A DNA stretch of 27,843 nt from an uncultured Clostridia bacterium (GCA_945613045.1 CALZAG010000001.1:1-27843); one strand, 5' to 3'; positions 17,991 to 26,775 are shown, counted from the stretch's first letter. Notes: generated by a model not told the origin, from the sequence alone. Numbers and translations are program-made.

Positions 17991-19095
17991 TTGTGTCTGC
18001 CTCCTTCTTTGCGGATTTTCGGAAGCTGAGCTTATAGCTTATGAAGAACTCGCAGCCGATGATGAAAAACAGGATGATGCCGGACAGGATATCAGCAAAG
18101 GAATGGTTCAGGCCGAAATTCGTGGATATCGCGCCGGCGCCCTTGTCCAGAAAGGCCAGAAGCAGGCTCGTGAGCACCATGAAGATGGGGTTGAACTTGG
18201 CAAGCCACGATACCATTACCGCGGTGAAGCCCCTGCCGCCGGCGATCGTTGTCGTCACGGTGTGGTCGGTGCCGGATACCAAAAGGAAGCCCACAACGCC
18301 GCATATCGCGCCCGAGAGGAGCATGGTGCGGATGATGACTCTGTCGACCTTGATGCCGACATAGCGCGCGGTGCGCTCGGACTCGCCCACGACGCTCAGC
18401 TCATAGCCGTGCTTTGAGTAATTAAGGTAAACGTACAGTCCTACGGTCAGCACAAGTATGACGATAACGTTGAGCAGATACTTGTTGCCGCCTATTGGGG
18501 GGAGCCAGCCGAGCTGAGTCGCCTGGTTAATAATGCCGATCTTGCCCGCGCCCTTGGGCACCTCCCAGACAATGACGAAGAATGCGACGAGCTGGGTCGC
18601 AACATAGTTCATCATCAGGGTGAACAGCGTCTCGTTCGTATTCCACTTAGCCTTGAAGAAGGCCGGTATTCCCGCCCAGACAGCGCCCGCGGCAATGCTC
18701 GCAGCGGCGGTCACGGCGATGAGAAGTCCGTTTGACATCTTATCGGCAAGGCAGATCATGCAGGCAGCGGCCGCAAGGCATCCGGCCAGCACCTGACCCT
18801 CGCCGCCGATGTTCCAGAAGCGCATACGGAACGCGGGAGTTACAGCAAGCGATACGCCCAGCAGCATGGCGGTGCTCTGAGCGAGGTTCCACGCCTTGCG
18901 GGTAGTTCCGAAGGCTCCGTCTATCATGGTGGCGTAGACCTGGATGGGGTCCTCACCCGTTACAACCATGGTAACGACTGCGCACACTATGAGCGCCGCG
19001 ACAATGGCGATAAGGCGTATGCCCCACGCCTTCCAGCGGGGAAGCGCGCCGCGCTTGACGATATGGACCAGCGGGCCCTGCTTTGCGTTATTCAT
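17983..19095 (-). CDS. BMP-type ABC transporter permease 1, 370 aa
   Basis: FWNIGGEGQ, NETLFTLMMNY, GYELSVVGESERTARYVGI, GFTAVMVSWLAKFNP. Confidence 0.93.
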   Translation of the reverse strand: MNNAKQGPLVHIVKRGALPRWKAWGIRLIAIVAALIVCAVVTMVVTGEDPIQVYATMIDGAFGTTRKAWNLAQSTAMLLGVSLAVTPAFRMRFWNIGGEGQVLAGCLAAAACMICLADKMSNGLLIAVTAAASIAAGAVWAGIPAFFKAKWNTNETLFTLMMNYVATQLVAFFVIVWEVPKGAGKIGIINQATQLGWLPPIGGNKYLLNVIVILVLTVGLYVYLNYSKHGYELSVVGESERTARYVGIKVDRVIIRTMLLSGAICGVVGFLLVSGTDHTVTTTIAGGRGFTAVMVSWLAKFNPIFMVLTSLLLAFLDKGAGAISTNFGLNHSFADILSGIILFFIIGCEFFISYKLSFRKSAKKEADTNV

Positions 19096-20626
19096 CGGCC
19101 TTGTTACCTCCCAGCTTTGTCATCATCATGCCGACGTCGCGCTTCTTTGCGCCGCGCCCGGGCACGATGCCACTCACCTTGCCGCCGCAGAGCACAAGGA
19201 TCCTGTCGCACAGCTCGAGCAGAACGTCAAGATCCTCGCCGACGTAGATGACGGCGACGCCACTTTTCTTCTGTCGGTTTATAAGATCGTAAATGGTGTA
19301 GGACGAATTTATATCCAGCCCGCGGACGGCGTAAGCCGTGAGCAGAACGGTGGGCGCGGAGGCTATCTCCCGGCCTACCAGCACCTTCTGCACGTTGCCG
19401 CCGGAGAGCTTGCGGACGGGCGTGCTGATACTGGGAGTGCTGACGTCCAGCTCATCGACCACGGTCTGAGCCAGCTTTCGGGGACCCTTTCTGTCGGTCA
19501 GGAGCGAGCGGCCGCGGCGGAAGGAGCGGAGCATCATATTGTCGCTCAGGTCCATATTCCCGACAAGGCCCATACCCAGTCTGTCCTCAGGCACGAAGGA
19601 GAGCGTCACACCCATATCGGCGATGGCAAGGGGATCCTTACCGAGCAGTTCTTCCCTTTCGCCGCTGTCGGTTATATAGCTGATGCTGCCGCTCTCGGTG
19701 GGCTGCAGGCCGGCAATGGCCTCCAGCAGCTCCTTCTGTCCGCAGCCTGAGATGCCCGCGATGCCGAGTATCTCGCCGCTGTTTGCGGTAAAGGACACGT
19801 TATCGAGCTTTATAACGCCGTCGATGCTGCGCACCGTCAGATCCTTCACCTCTATCCTCGGCTTGGGGTCGACGGGCTCGGGGCGCTCGATGTTGAGCTC
19901 AACGGGACGTCCGATCATCATGTTCGTCATTTCCTGCGCGTTGGTGTCCTTGGTGAGCATATCGCCTATAAACTGACCGTGCCGCAGGACGGCGACGCGG
20001 TCGGACAGCTCCTCGACCTCGTGCATCTTATGGGTGATGATGACTATCGCCTTGCCGGCGTCGCGCATATTGCGCAGAACGGCGAAAAGCTTGTCCGTCT
20101 CCTGCGGAGTCAGAACGGCAGTGGGCTCGTCGAGGATGAGAATATCCGCGCCGCGGTAGAGCACCTTTACGATCTCGACCGTCTGCTTCTGGGATACGCT
20201 CATCTCGTATATCTTCATGTCGGGGTCGACGTCGAAGCCATACTTGTCGCAGATCTCCCTGATCTTTGCCGACGCCGCCTTCAGGTCGAGCCTTCCCTTG
20301 CCCTCGAGGCCGAGGATGATATTCTCGGTCGCGGTGAGCACGTCGACGAGCTTGAAGTGCTGGTGTATCATGCCTATTCCCAGATTGAGCGCATCCTTGG
20401 GAGAGCGGATGACAACCTCTTTCCCGTCAATGGTGATCTCCCCCTCGTCGGGGAAGTATATGCCGGAGAGCATATTCATAAGCGTGGTCTTGCCGGAGCC
20501 GTTTTCGCCCAGCAGAGCCAGTATCTCGCCTCTGTATATATCCAGCCATACCTTATCGTTGGCAAGCACCGGGCCGAAGGCCTTGGTGATATTGCGCATT
20601 TTTACCGCCGCGGTTTTCTTCTCCAT
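19088..20626 (-). CDS. ABC transporter ATP-binding protein with two ATPase domains (CUT2/NupA-like), 512 aa
   Basis: Walker A GENGSGKT, LILDEPTAVL, second domain LSGGNVQK. Confidence 0.95.
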   Translation of the reverse strand: MEKKTAAVKMRNITKAFGPVLANDKVWLDIYRGEILALLGENGSGKTTLMNMLSGIYFPDEGEITIDGKEVVIRSPKDALNLGIGMIHQHFKLVDVLTATENIILGLEGKGRLDLKAASAKIREICDKYGFDVDPDMKIYEMSVSQKQTVEIVKVLYRGADILILDEPTAVLTPQETDKLFAVLRNMRDAGKAIVIITHKMHEVEELSDRVAVLRHGQFIGDMLTKDTNAQEMTNMMIGRPVELNIERPEPVDPKPRIEVKDLTVRSIDGVIKLDNVSFTANSGEILGIAGISGCGQKELLEAIAGLQPTESGSISYITDSGEREELLGKDPLAIADMGVTLSFVPEDRLGMGLVGNMDLSDNMMLRSFRRGRSLLTDRKGPRKLAQTVVDELDVSTPSISTPVRKLSGGNVQKVLVGREIASAPTVLLTAYAVRGLDINSSYTIYDLINRQKKSGVAVIYVGEDLDVLLELCDRILVLCGGKVSGIVPGRGAKKRDVGMMMTKLGGNKADE

Positions 20627-20661
20627 TTTTTCTCTCCCAATATTTTCTGGTCAAAACTGCT

Positions 20662-20751
20662 TCAAAGGGCAGCACGGCGGCTAAAGTCCCTGTGTTGCCC
20701 TTTGGAGCAGTAAAAGCATATCGGGAAGCTTCCTTGAGCGGAAGCTTCCCG
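20662..20751 (-). repeat. Two intergenic hairpins between the BMP and ATPase genes
   Basis: CAAAGGGCAGCAC...GTGTTGCCCTTTG (20662-20704) and CGGGAAGCTTCC-ttgagc-GGAAGCTTCCCG (20722-20751). Confidence 0.75.
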
Positions 20752-20766
20752 TTATTCTGTTGGATA

Positions 20767-21984
20767 TCAGCCGAAGTTGGTGTCAAGAAGAGTGATGCCG
20801 TCGATCTGGAGATCGAAGTAAGGAGCGGAGCGGAACTTGGATTCCATGAATATGCCGTTCTCGATGACCTCGGTGTCCTTCTCGTAAGCGGCGTCGGAGT
20901 CGACGTCTGCCATGTAGCTGTCAAGGGTCTTGCCCTCAACGGTGAAGTTTGCGGTGTCGAATACGAAGAGGGTGCCGTCCTCGAGCTTTGCCTTCGCGTC
21001 GGCGATGGCTTCAGCGGTGCCCTCAGCGGCGGCCTGCTCGTTGATGTCGGTCAGGACGACGGAGCCGGTAGCAAGAGTGCCGGTCCAGTCAGCGTCGATG
21101 GTCTCGCCGTTCTTGACTGCGTTGATCACGTACTCGTAGTAGGGAGCCCAGTCGATGCGGGAGGAAACGATGAAGGTGTTGGGGCATGCGTCAACGGTGG
21201 AGCCGTTGTAGGAAACGTTGGGAACGCCGGCCAGCTCGCAGGCAGTGGGAGCGCCCATGGAGTCGGCGTGCTGGCTGATGAGCTTGCAGCCGTTTGCGAT
21301 GAGCTTGTTTGCGCCTTCCTTCTCTGCGGTCTCATCGTACCAGGAACCGGTGAAGGTCACTTCCATGGTGGCGGTGGGGCATACAGAGCGGGCGCCGAGG
21401 AAGAAGGAGGTGTAACCGGAAACGACTTCCGCGTAGGTGAATGCGCCGACATAGCCGATCTTGGCCTCGTCTGCGGTGAATTCGCCTGCGTCGATCATCT
21501 CGTTGAGCTTCATGCCTGCTGCGATGCCGGCAAGGTAGCGGCCCTCGTAGATGGAGGCGAATGCGTTGTGGAAGTTGTCAAGACCTGCGGTGTGTGCGTT
21601 GGTGCCGGTGGCGTGGCAGAACTGGACCTCGGGGAATTCCTTGGCCGCTTCCATCAGGAAGGCCTCGTGACCGAAGCTGTCGGCAAAGACGATGTTGCAG
21701 CCGGCGTCGGCGAGCTCGCAGGCAGCGTCATAGCATTCCTGAGTCTCGTCGATGTTGGTCTTGAAAATGTACTGATCCTCAGACAGGCCGAGGTTTGCGC
21801 AGGCTTCCTTGGCTGCGTTCATGAAGTTAAGGTCGTAGGTGGAATTCTCGTCATGCAGGAAAATAAAGCCGACCTTGAGCGCGTCGTCAGCGTCGCCGCC
21901 CTCAGTCTTGTTGTCATCGCCGCCGCAGGCGCACAGTGCAAACACCATGACCAGGGCAAGAAGCAGTGCTGTGATCTTCTTCAT
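20767..21984 (-). CDS. BMP-family ABC substrate-binding lipoprotein (purine nucleoside-type), 405 aa
   Basis: Signal peptide II with lipobox LCAC, KVGFIFL, IYEGRYLAGIAAG, IGYVGAF, SQHADS; preceded by a purine riboswitch. Confidence 0.93.
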   Translation of the reverse strand: MKKITALLLALVMVFALCACGGDDNKTEGGDADDALKVGFIFLHDENSTYDLNFMNAAKEACANLGLSEDQYIFKTNIDETQECYDAACELADAGCNIVFADSFGHEAFLMEAAKEFPEVQFCHATGTNAHTAGLDNFHNAFASIYEGRYLAGIAAGMKLNEMIDAGEFTADEAKIGYVGAFTYAEVVSGYTSFFLGARSVCPTATMEVTFTGSWYDETAEKEGANKLIANGCKLISQHADSMGAPTACELAGVPNVSYNGSTVDACPNTFIVSSRIDWAPYYEYVINAVKNGETIDADWTGTLATGSVVLTDINEQAAAEGTAEAIADAKAKLEDGTLFVFDTANFTVEGKTLDSYMADVDSDAAYEKDTEVIENGIFMESKFRSAPYFDLQIDGITLLDTNFG

Positions 21985-22046
21985 CTTCGGTTATCCTCCA
22001 ATAAATTCATTTATTATCAAAACCCAGTCGGGCTGTGATACAAATT

Positions 22047-22074
22047 AAAAACCGGCCACATGATATGTGACCGG
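22047..22074 (-). terminator. Riboswitch-controlled intrinsic terminator (expression platform)
   Basis: Minus strand CCGGTCACAT-atc-ATGTGGCCGG-TTTTT; the 5' arm is complementary to the aptamer P3 3' strand. Confidence 0.85.
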
Positions 22075-22125
22075 AATAAAACACCAAAGCCAAGGAAGAA
22101 AGAACCTTCTTCCTCTTATATAAAA

Positions 22126-22196
22126 CTTCGATAGTCCGGTCATTTACGGCGTCCGGGTAGAAACTTCAAATCCATATCATTTGCTATATATCGAAA
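22126..22196 (-). ncRNA. Purine riboswitch, guanine class
   Basis: Minus strand: P1 TTCGATA/TATCGAA, L2 GATATGG, J2/3 GTTTCTACC, L3 CCGTAAA, then GACTAT with discriminator C at 22134 (C74 equivalent). Confidence 0.95.
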
Positions 22197-22225
22197 TATT
22201 TACTTTTAAGTGAACTTGCAAGTTT

Positions 22226-22254
22226 AGAATATCAACAGTATCTAAAAATGTCAA
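22226..22254 (-). promoter_or_regulatory. Sigma-A promoter of the riboswitch-BMP operon
   Basis: Minus strand TTGACA (22254-22249), 17 nt, TGa-TATTCT (22231-22226). Confidence 0.85.
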
Positions 22255-22308
22255 GGCTTGTTTTTATCTAAGTTTGACATTTGTTCGACTGAAAATTTGT
22301 GCATTTTG

Positions 22309-22884
22309 TCAGTCTTCGCAGAATTCGATGCTGTCGTCGCTCATGGACGCTATGCGGGCCAGCGCCTCGATCCTGAGTCCCTTTCCGCGCAGTCTCTCAC
22401 CGCCGGGCTGGAAGGCCTTTTCTATCGCCACTGCCGCGCCGACCACCTCGGCTCCCGCCTGGCCGACTATGTCGCACAGGCCCTCCAAAGCCGCGCCGTT
22501 TGCCAGGAAATCGTCCACTATCAGCACCCTCTCGCCGGGGTTGAGGTAACGCTTTGACACGAGCACCTGCTTTGACACCTGATGGGTGAAGGAATACACC
22601 GTCGTGGAATAAATATCGTCGGAAAGGTTGATGGTCTTGCTCTTTTTGGCAAACAAAACAGGGCACCCGAAAACAAGACCCGTTAAAACGGCCATTCCGA
22701 TGCCCGAAGCTTCGATCGTCAATATTTTGTCAACTTTCTCGTCCGCAAAAAGCCGGCGTATCTCCTTTGCCATGTCATAGCTCAGCGCAGGGTCGATCTG
22801 GTGGTTGAGAAAGCTGTCCACCTTCAAAACTCCGCCGGGTCTTACCACGCCGTCGCGCTTTATGCGCTCTATAAGCTGCTGCAA
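22309..22884 (-). CDS. xpt: Xanthine phosphoribosyltransferase, about 191 aa
   Basis: VLKVDSFLNHQIDP, ILTIEASGI, FAKK, PRPP motif VLIVDDFLANG, IEKAFQPG. TTG start at 22884 after GAGGTG is preferred over the track's GTG at 22893. Confidence 0.95.
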   Translation of the reverse strand: MQQLIERIKRDGVVRPGGVLKVDSFLNHQIDPALSYDMAKEIRRLFADEKVDKILTIEASGIGMAVLTGLVFGCPVLFAKKSKTINLSDDIYSTTVYSFTHQVSKQVLVSKRYLNPGERVLIVDDFLANGAALEGLCDIVGQAGAEVVGAAVAIEKAFQPGGERLRGKGLRIEALARIASMSDDSIEFCED

Positions 22885-22914
22885 GCCGATCACCTCATTA
22901 ACTGATTTCGACTT

Positions 22915-22943
22915 ATTCTATCCGATATTCGACTTTTTCGCAA
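22915..22943 (-). promoter_or_regulatory. Sigma-A promoter of xpt
   Basis: Minus strand TTGCGA (22943-22938), 17 nt, TAGAAT (22920-22915). Confidence 0.7.
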
Positions 22944-23042
22944 TACGAAGTTTTGTAAATCTTATATCTTTTTTGTACCGCATTTTGTGCACTTGCCACA
23001 AATTCCCGACCCAAACTTCATGAGCCCGAGTCCGCATTTTCC

Positions 23043-23071
23043 TTGCCAACGGCTCCCGGGACTGATAAAAT
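23043..23071 (+). promoter_or_regulatory. Sigma-A promoter of the GPH symporter-deacetylase operon
   Basis: TTGCCA (23043-23048), 17 nt, TGa-TAAAAT (23066-23071). Confidence 0.78.
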
Positions 23072-23102
23072 ATAATTTACATTATATGATAGGAGCTTTG
23101 AT

Positions 23103-24575
23103 ATGGAGGATCTTAAACTCAGAAAGAAAAACCTGATAATGTTCCCGCTCGGCACGGTCGGCCGCGACATGGTGTATTATCTCTTTACGAGCTGCATAAT
23201 GACCTTCGTTCTGTTCACCCGCAGCCTCACAAACTCCCAGTTTGCCGCGATCACCGCCATCGTCGTCGCCGCGCGAATTTTCGATGCGCTCAACGATCCG
23301 ATCATGGGCAACATCATCGAGCGCACCCGCACCCGCTGGGGCAAGTTCAAGCCCTGGCTCGTGATCGGCATACTCTCGACAAGCGTTGTTGTATATCTCG
23401 CCTTCAACACCGATCTTCAGGGCTGGAGCTTCGTGTGGTTCTTCGGGATAATATACTTCATGTATTCGATAACCTACACGATGCATGACATCTCCTACTG
23501 GGGCATGGTGCCCGCCCTGTCCTCGGACGCCAACGCCCGAAACCAGTTTACCGCCCGCGCGACGCTCTTCGCCGGCATAGGCGGCACCGTCGCCAGCGTG
23601 CTCATCCCCATGTTCACCGTCGGCGACATGGCCATCGGAGGCAGTACGACCACCGCCTACGGCATCATTGCGCTGATCGTCTGCATCTTAGCTCCCCTGT
23701 TTCTGTGCTTTACCATATTCGGCGTTCGCGAAAAGCGTGAGTACACCGACGCGCCTCCGGTAAGCTTCAAAAAGATCTGGAAGACCATTACGGGCAACGA
23801 CCAGCTCCTTTGGATAAGCCTCATTTTCCTGCTCCAGCAGATAGGCAACGGCTTTATCGTCAGCGGCATCGGCTCGACATACATATATTTTGACTTCGGC
23901 TACGAAGGCGGACTGTTCTCTCTGTTTTCCATCGTAGGTATGTCCGTCACCGCCTTTCTCATGATCTTCTACCCCGCAATCTCGCGAAAGATCAAGCGAA
24001 AAAAGCTCATGGGCATCCTCGCGGCGATCTCCCTCGTCGGCTACGCCGTCATGCTTGCCGCCGGTCTGTTCCTGCCCTCCGACATGACGAAATTCTGGAT
24101 GGTTGTCGTGGGCTATATGCTCTCGAACTTCGGCCAGTACGGCTACTATCTGATCATGATGATCTCCATCATAAACACCGTCGAATACAACGAATACCGC
24201 ACCGGCGAGCGCGACGAGGCCATCATCGCCTCCCTGCGCCCCTTCCTCACTAAGCTCGCCTCCGCCCTCATCGTCCTTATCACCAACGCAAGCTATATCA
24301 TCTTCGGCGTCACCGGCTACACCAACCGGATCTCCGACTTCGAAAACCAGTGCGCAAGAAAGCTCATAACCGAGTCCGAAAAAATAAGCTCGATAAGCGG
24401 CGTTATAAGCGGCATCGAACCGGGAAAGACGCTTGCGCTGCTGCTCTGCATGGTCATCATACCCTGCGCGCTCATGCTCGTTTCCTATGTTCTCTACAAA
24501 AAGCACTATAAGCTCGACGAGGACGAGTACGCCCGCATATGCTCCGAGCTCGAGGCTCGAAAGGCAAAGGCATGA
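23103..24575 (+). CDS. Glycoside-pentoside-hexuronide (MelB-like, MFS_2) cation symporter, 490 aa
   Basis: ARIFDALNDPIMG...RTRTRWGKFKPW, YTMHDISYWGMVPALS, NTVEYNEYRTGERDEA, KLASAL. Confidence 0.93.
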   Translation: MEDLKLRKKNLIMFPLGTVGRDMVYYLFTSCIMTFVLFTRSLTNSQFAAITAIVVAARIFDALNDPIMGNIIERTRTRWGKFKPWLVIGILSTSVVVYLAFNTDLQGWSFVWFFGIIYFMYSITYTMHDISYWGMVPALSSDANARNQFTARATLFAGIGGTVASVLIPMFTVGDMAIGGSTTTAYGIIALIVCILAPLFLCFTIFGVREKREYTDAPPVSFKKIWKTITGNDQLLWISLIFLLQQIGNGFIVSGIGSTYIYFDFGYEGGLFSLFSIVGMSVTAFLMIFYPAISRKIKRKKLMGILAAISLVGYAVMLAAGLFLPSDMTKFWMVVVGYMLSNFGQYGYYLIMMISIINTVEYNEYRTGERDEAIIASLRPFLTKLASALIVLITNASYIIFGVTGYTNRISDFENQCARKLITESEKISSISGVISGIEPGKTLALLLCMVIIPCALMLVSYVLYKKHYKLDEDEYARICSELEARKAKA

Positions 24576-25336
24576 GCATAACAAGACTTGCGCTCAAATT
24601 CGCCGCGCCGCTGCCAAAGCTTGAAAGCTTCGAGCGGTATCTGTTCATAGGCCCGCACCCGGACGATATCGAGATCGGCGCCGGAGCGACGGCGGCAAAG
24701 CTTGCCGCCATGGGCAAAAAGGTCGGATTTCTTGTATGCGTCGACGGCAGATTCGGCTCCGCAGTCATTCCCCCGGAGGAGCTTGCAGCCATCCGTCAGG
24801 GCGAGGGCCGAGCCTCGGCTAAGGCACTGGGCGTGGACTATGTCCGGTATCTTTCCTTCTGCGACGGCGGCTTTTATGACACGCGGGAGCTTACCTCCCG
24901 TATCGCCGGAGCCGTCGGAGAGTTCAAGCCCGAGGTCATCTTTGCGCCCGACTGCTTCGTTTCGAGCGAATGTCACCCCGATCACATAAACGTCGGCAGG
25001 GCCGCCTCAGAGATCGCCTACCTTGCCCCTTACGCGCAGCTCATGGCAAAGCACGGCGCGCAGGCCGCGCCCGTCAAGGCTATTGCCTATTACATGACGG
25101 CAAAGCCGAACCGCTTTGTCAAAACCTCGGCCGCACTTCTTAATAAGCAGCTCTCGGCGATATTCGACTGCCACAAAAGCCAGTTTCCCTCCGGCTGCCC
25201 CGAGGGCAGGGCGATCGCCATGTATCTGAAGCTGCGCTCATTTGATTTCGGCCTGCGCAGGCTGTGCGGCCATGCGGAGGGCTTCCGCGTCCTCGGCGTC
25301 ACGCATATGCATTGCCTGCCCGAGGCAGGAGACTGA
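24572..25336 (+). CDS. PIG-L/LmbE-family Zn-dependent de-N-acetylase, about 254 aa
   Basis: GPHPDDIEIGAG, DGRFG, IRQGEGRASAKALGV, HPDH motifs; ATG 24572 overlaps the symporter TGA (ATGA). Confidence 0.9.
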   Translation: MSITRLALKFAAPLPKLESFERYLFIGPHPDDIEIGAGATAAKLAAMGKKVGFLVCVDGRFGSAVIPPEELAAIRQGEGRASAKALGVDYVRYLSFCDGGFYDTRELTSRIAGAVGEFKPEVIFAPDCFVSSECHPDHINVGRAASEIAYLAPYAQLMAKHGAQAAPVKAIAYYMTAKPNRFVKTSAALLNKQLSAIFDCHKSQFPSGCPEGRAIAMYLKLRSFDFGLRRLCGHAEGFRVLGVTHMHCLPEAGD

Positions 25337-25342
25337 AACAGT

Positions 25343-25384
25343 AAAAATACTGCGGATACTACACTCAGTATCCGCAGTATTTTT
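25343..25384. terminator. Bidirectional intrinsic terminator
   Basis: AAAAATACTGCGGATACT-acactc-AGTATCCGCAGTATTTTT, a perfect 18-bp stem between convergent genes. Confidence 0.93.
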
Positions 25385-25436
25385 CTCATCAGACGCAGCC
25401 GCGGGCGGAATATCCGGGTCAGTGCTCCGCAATATA

Positions 25437-26669
25437 TCAGAGCGCCGACGGTTCTCCGAACTCGGGCAGGAAGATCTGCGCGGGCGGCTCGAGGGAGGCA
25501 AACTGCATGGGCGAGACAGACGCGGCGTAGCTCCCCGCGTTCGTTATCACGAAAACGTCGCCGCATTCGAGCCGCGGCAGAAGAATATCCTGTGCGATGA
25601 CGTCAGCCCCGGTGCAGAGGCTTCCCGTTACGGTGACGGTCTCCGTATCGCGGTCCTCCGTCAGCGGGACGAAGCCAAAGGCGTTCCGGCCGGTATACAG
25701 CGGTTCGCAGCCCGCAGGCTTTTCCTCCCGCGTATAGCTCTCAACCATCTGAGCGACCGAGGGCCTTACAAAGCCGCCCAGCGTGTTTGCAAGCAGCACG
25801 AAGGTCCTGCCGTGGCTCACCTTTTTATCCATAACGTGAGTGGCGTAAACGCCCGCCTTTCCGACTATGAATCGGCCGGATTCAACCAATATCTCCGTCC
25901 TTGGAAGCTGCGGGCGGTACTGCCGGATAAGCGCCGACATACTTGCGCCCAGCGCCTTAATATCCACCGGAGCGTCCTGCTCGGCATAGGGTATACCGAT
26001 GCCCGAGCCCATGTTTACGAACCTGAGCTCATGCCCCAGCGCGTTCTGAAACCTCACCGCGAGCTCAAACATCCTGCCGTAGTAAGCGGCGATCAGCTCG
26101 CCGCGCAGCTCCTGACTGCGGGAATGGACATGAATGCCGCGTATCCTCACGTTCTTATAGCCCTTCCACTGCGGCAGCAGCCGGAATGCCTCCTCCTCGT
26201 CTATGCCGAATTTGCTTGCCGAGCCGCCTTCACCGTCGAAGCTGAAATCGGGGTTAAGGCGTATACCGATGTCGGCGGTTATGCCGTGCCCCTCCGCGAT
26301 GGCCTGTATGCGTTCGACCTCTGCGGGACTGTCGGCAATGATCGTCGAGCAGCCGAGAGCCGCGTTGATATCCCGCGGGCTCTTACCCGGCGCGGAATAA
26401 TATATATCCCCCGCGGCAAGGCCGTTCTCCTTACCCATCGTCACCTCGCGCAGGGAGGCCGCGTCCACACCGACGCCCTCGTCGATTATGCATCTGAGCA
26501 CTGCCGGATGCGGGTTTGCCTTCACCGAATATAAAAACCGCACGCCCTCAAAGTTCCCTTGGAGAACGGCTATATTCTCCGCTATTGTCCGTCCGTCATA
26601 CAGATAAAAGCTCTCGTACTTTTCCGCAAGGAGCAGTACCGCGTCCCGGTCAAAGCTCATTTTCATCAT
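25437..26669 (-). CDS. Group IV PLP-dependent decarboxylase (diaminopimelate decarboxylase-like), about 407-410 aa
   Basis: PLP Lys in YSVKANPH, VDAAS..E, YSAPGK, IRLNP, SKFGI, NMGSGIGIPY, ESGRF, LCTGAD, AGSY. Start is uncertain (26660, 26666 or 26669). Confidence 0.85.
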   Translation of the reverse strand: MMKMSFDRDAVLLLAEKYESFYLYDGRTIAENIAVLQGNFEGVRFLYSVKANPHPAVLRCIIDEGVGVDAASLREVTMGKENGLAAGDIYYSAPGKSPRDINAALGCSTIIADSPAEVERIQAIAEGHGITADIGIRLNPDFSFDGEGGSASKFGIDEEEAFRLLPQWKGYKNVRIRGIHVHSRSQELRGELIAAYYGRMFELAVRFQNALGHELRFVNMGSGIGIPYAEQDAPVDIKALGASMSALIRQYRPQLPRTEILVESGRFIVGKAGVYATHVMDKKVSHGRTFVLLANTLGGFVRPSVAQMVESYTREEKPAGCEPLYTGRNAFGFVPLTEDRDTETVTVTGSLCTGADVIAQDILLPRLECGDVFVITNAGSYAASVSPMQFASLEPPAQIFLPEFGEPSAL

Positions 26670-26691
26670 CCTTTCGCCATGTTTACTTTAA

Positions 26692-26720
26692 ATTATATAA
26701 TATCGGACATTTTACCGCAA
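26692..26720 (-). promoter_or_regulatory. Sigma-A promoter of the decarboxylase gene
   Basis: Minus strand TTGCGG (26720-26715), 17 nt, TATAAT (26697-26692). Confidence 0.75.
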
Positions 26721-26775
26721 TACATTCGCGTTAAACTTTGTATATTTGCTGGAAAAATGTTTTTTAAAAAAACTA

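Noticed and set aside
26670-26720. Lysine riboswitch upstream of the LysA-like gene
   Set aside because: The predicted leader is only about 20-25 nt; there is no room and no motif.
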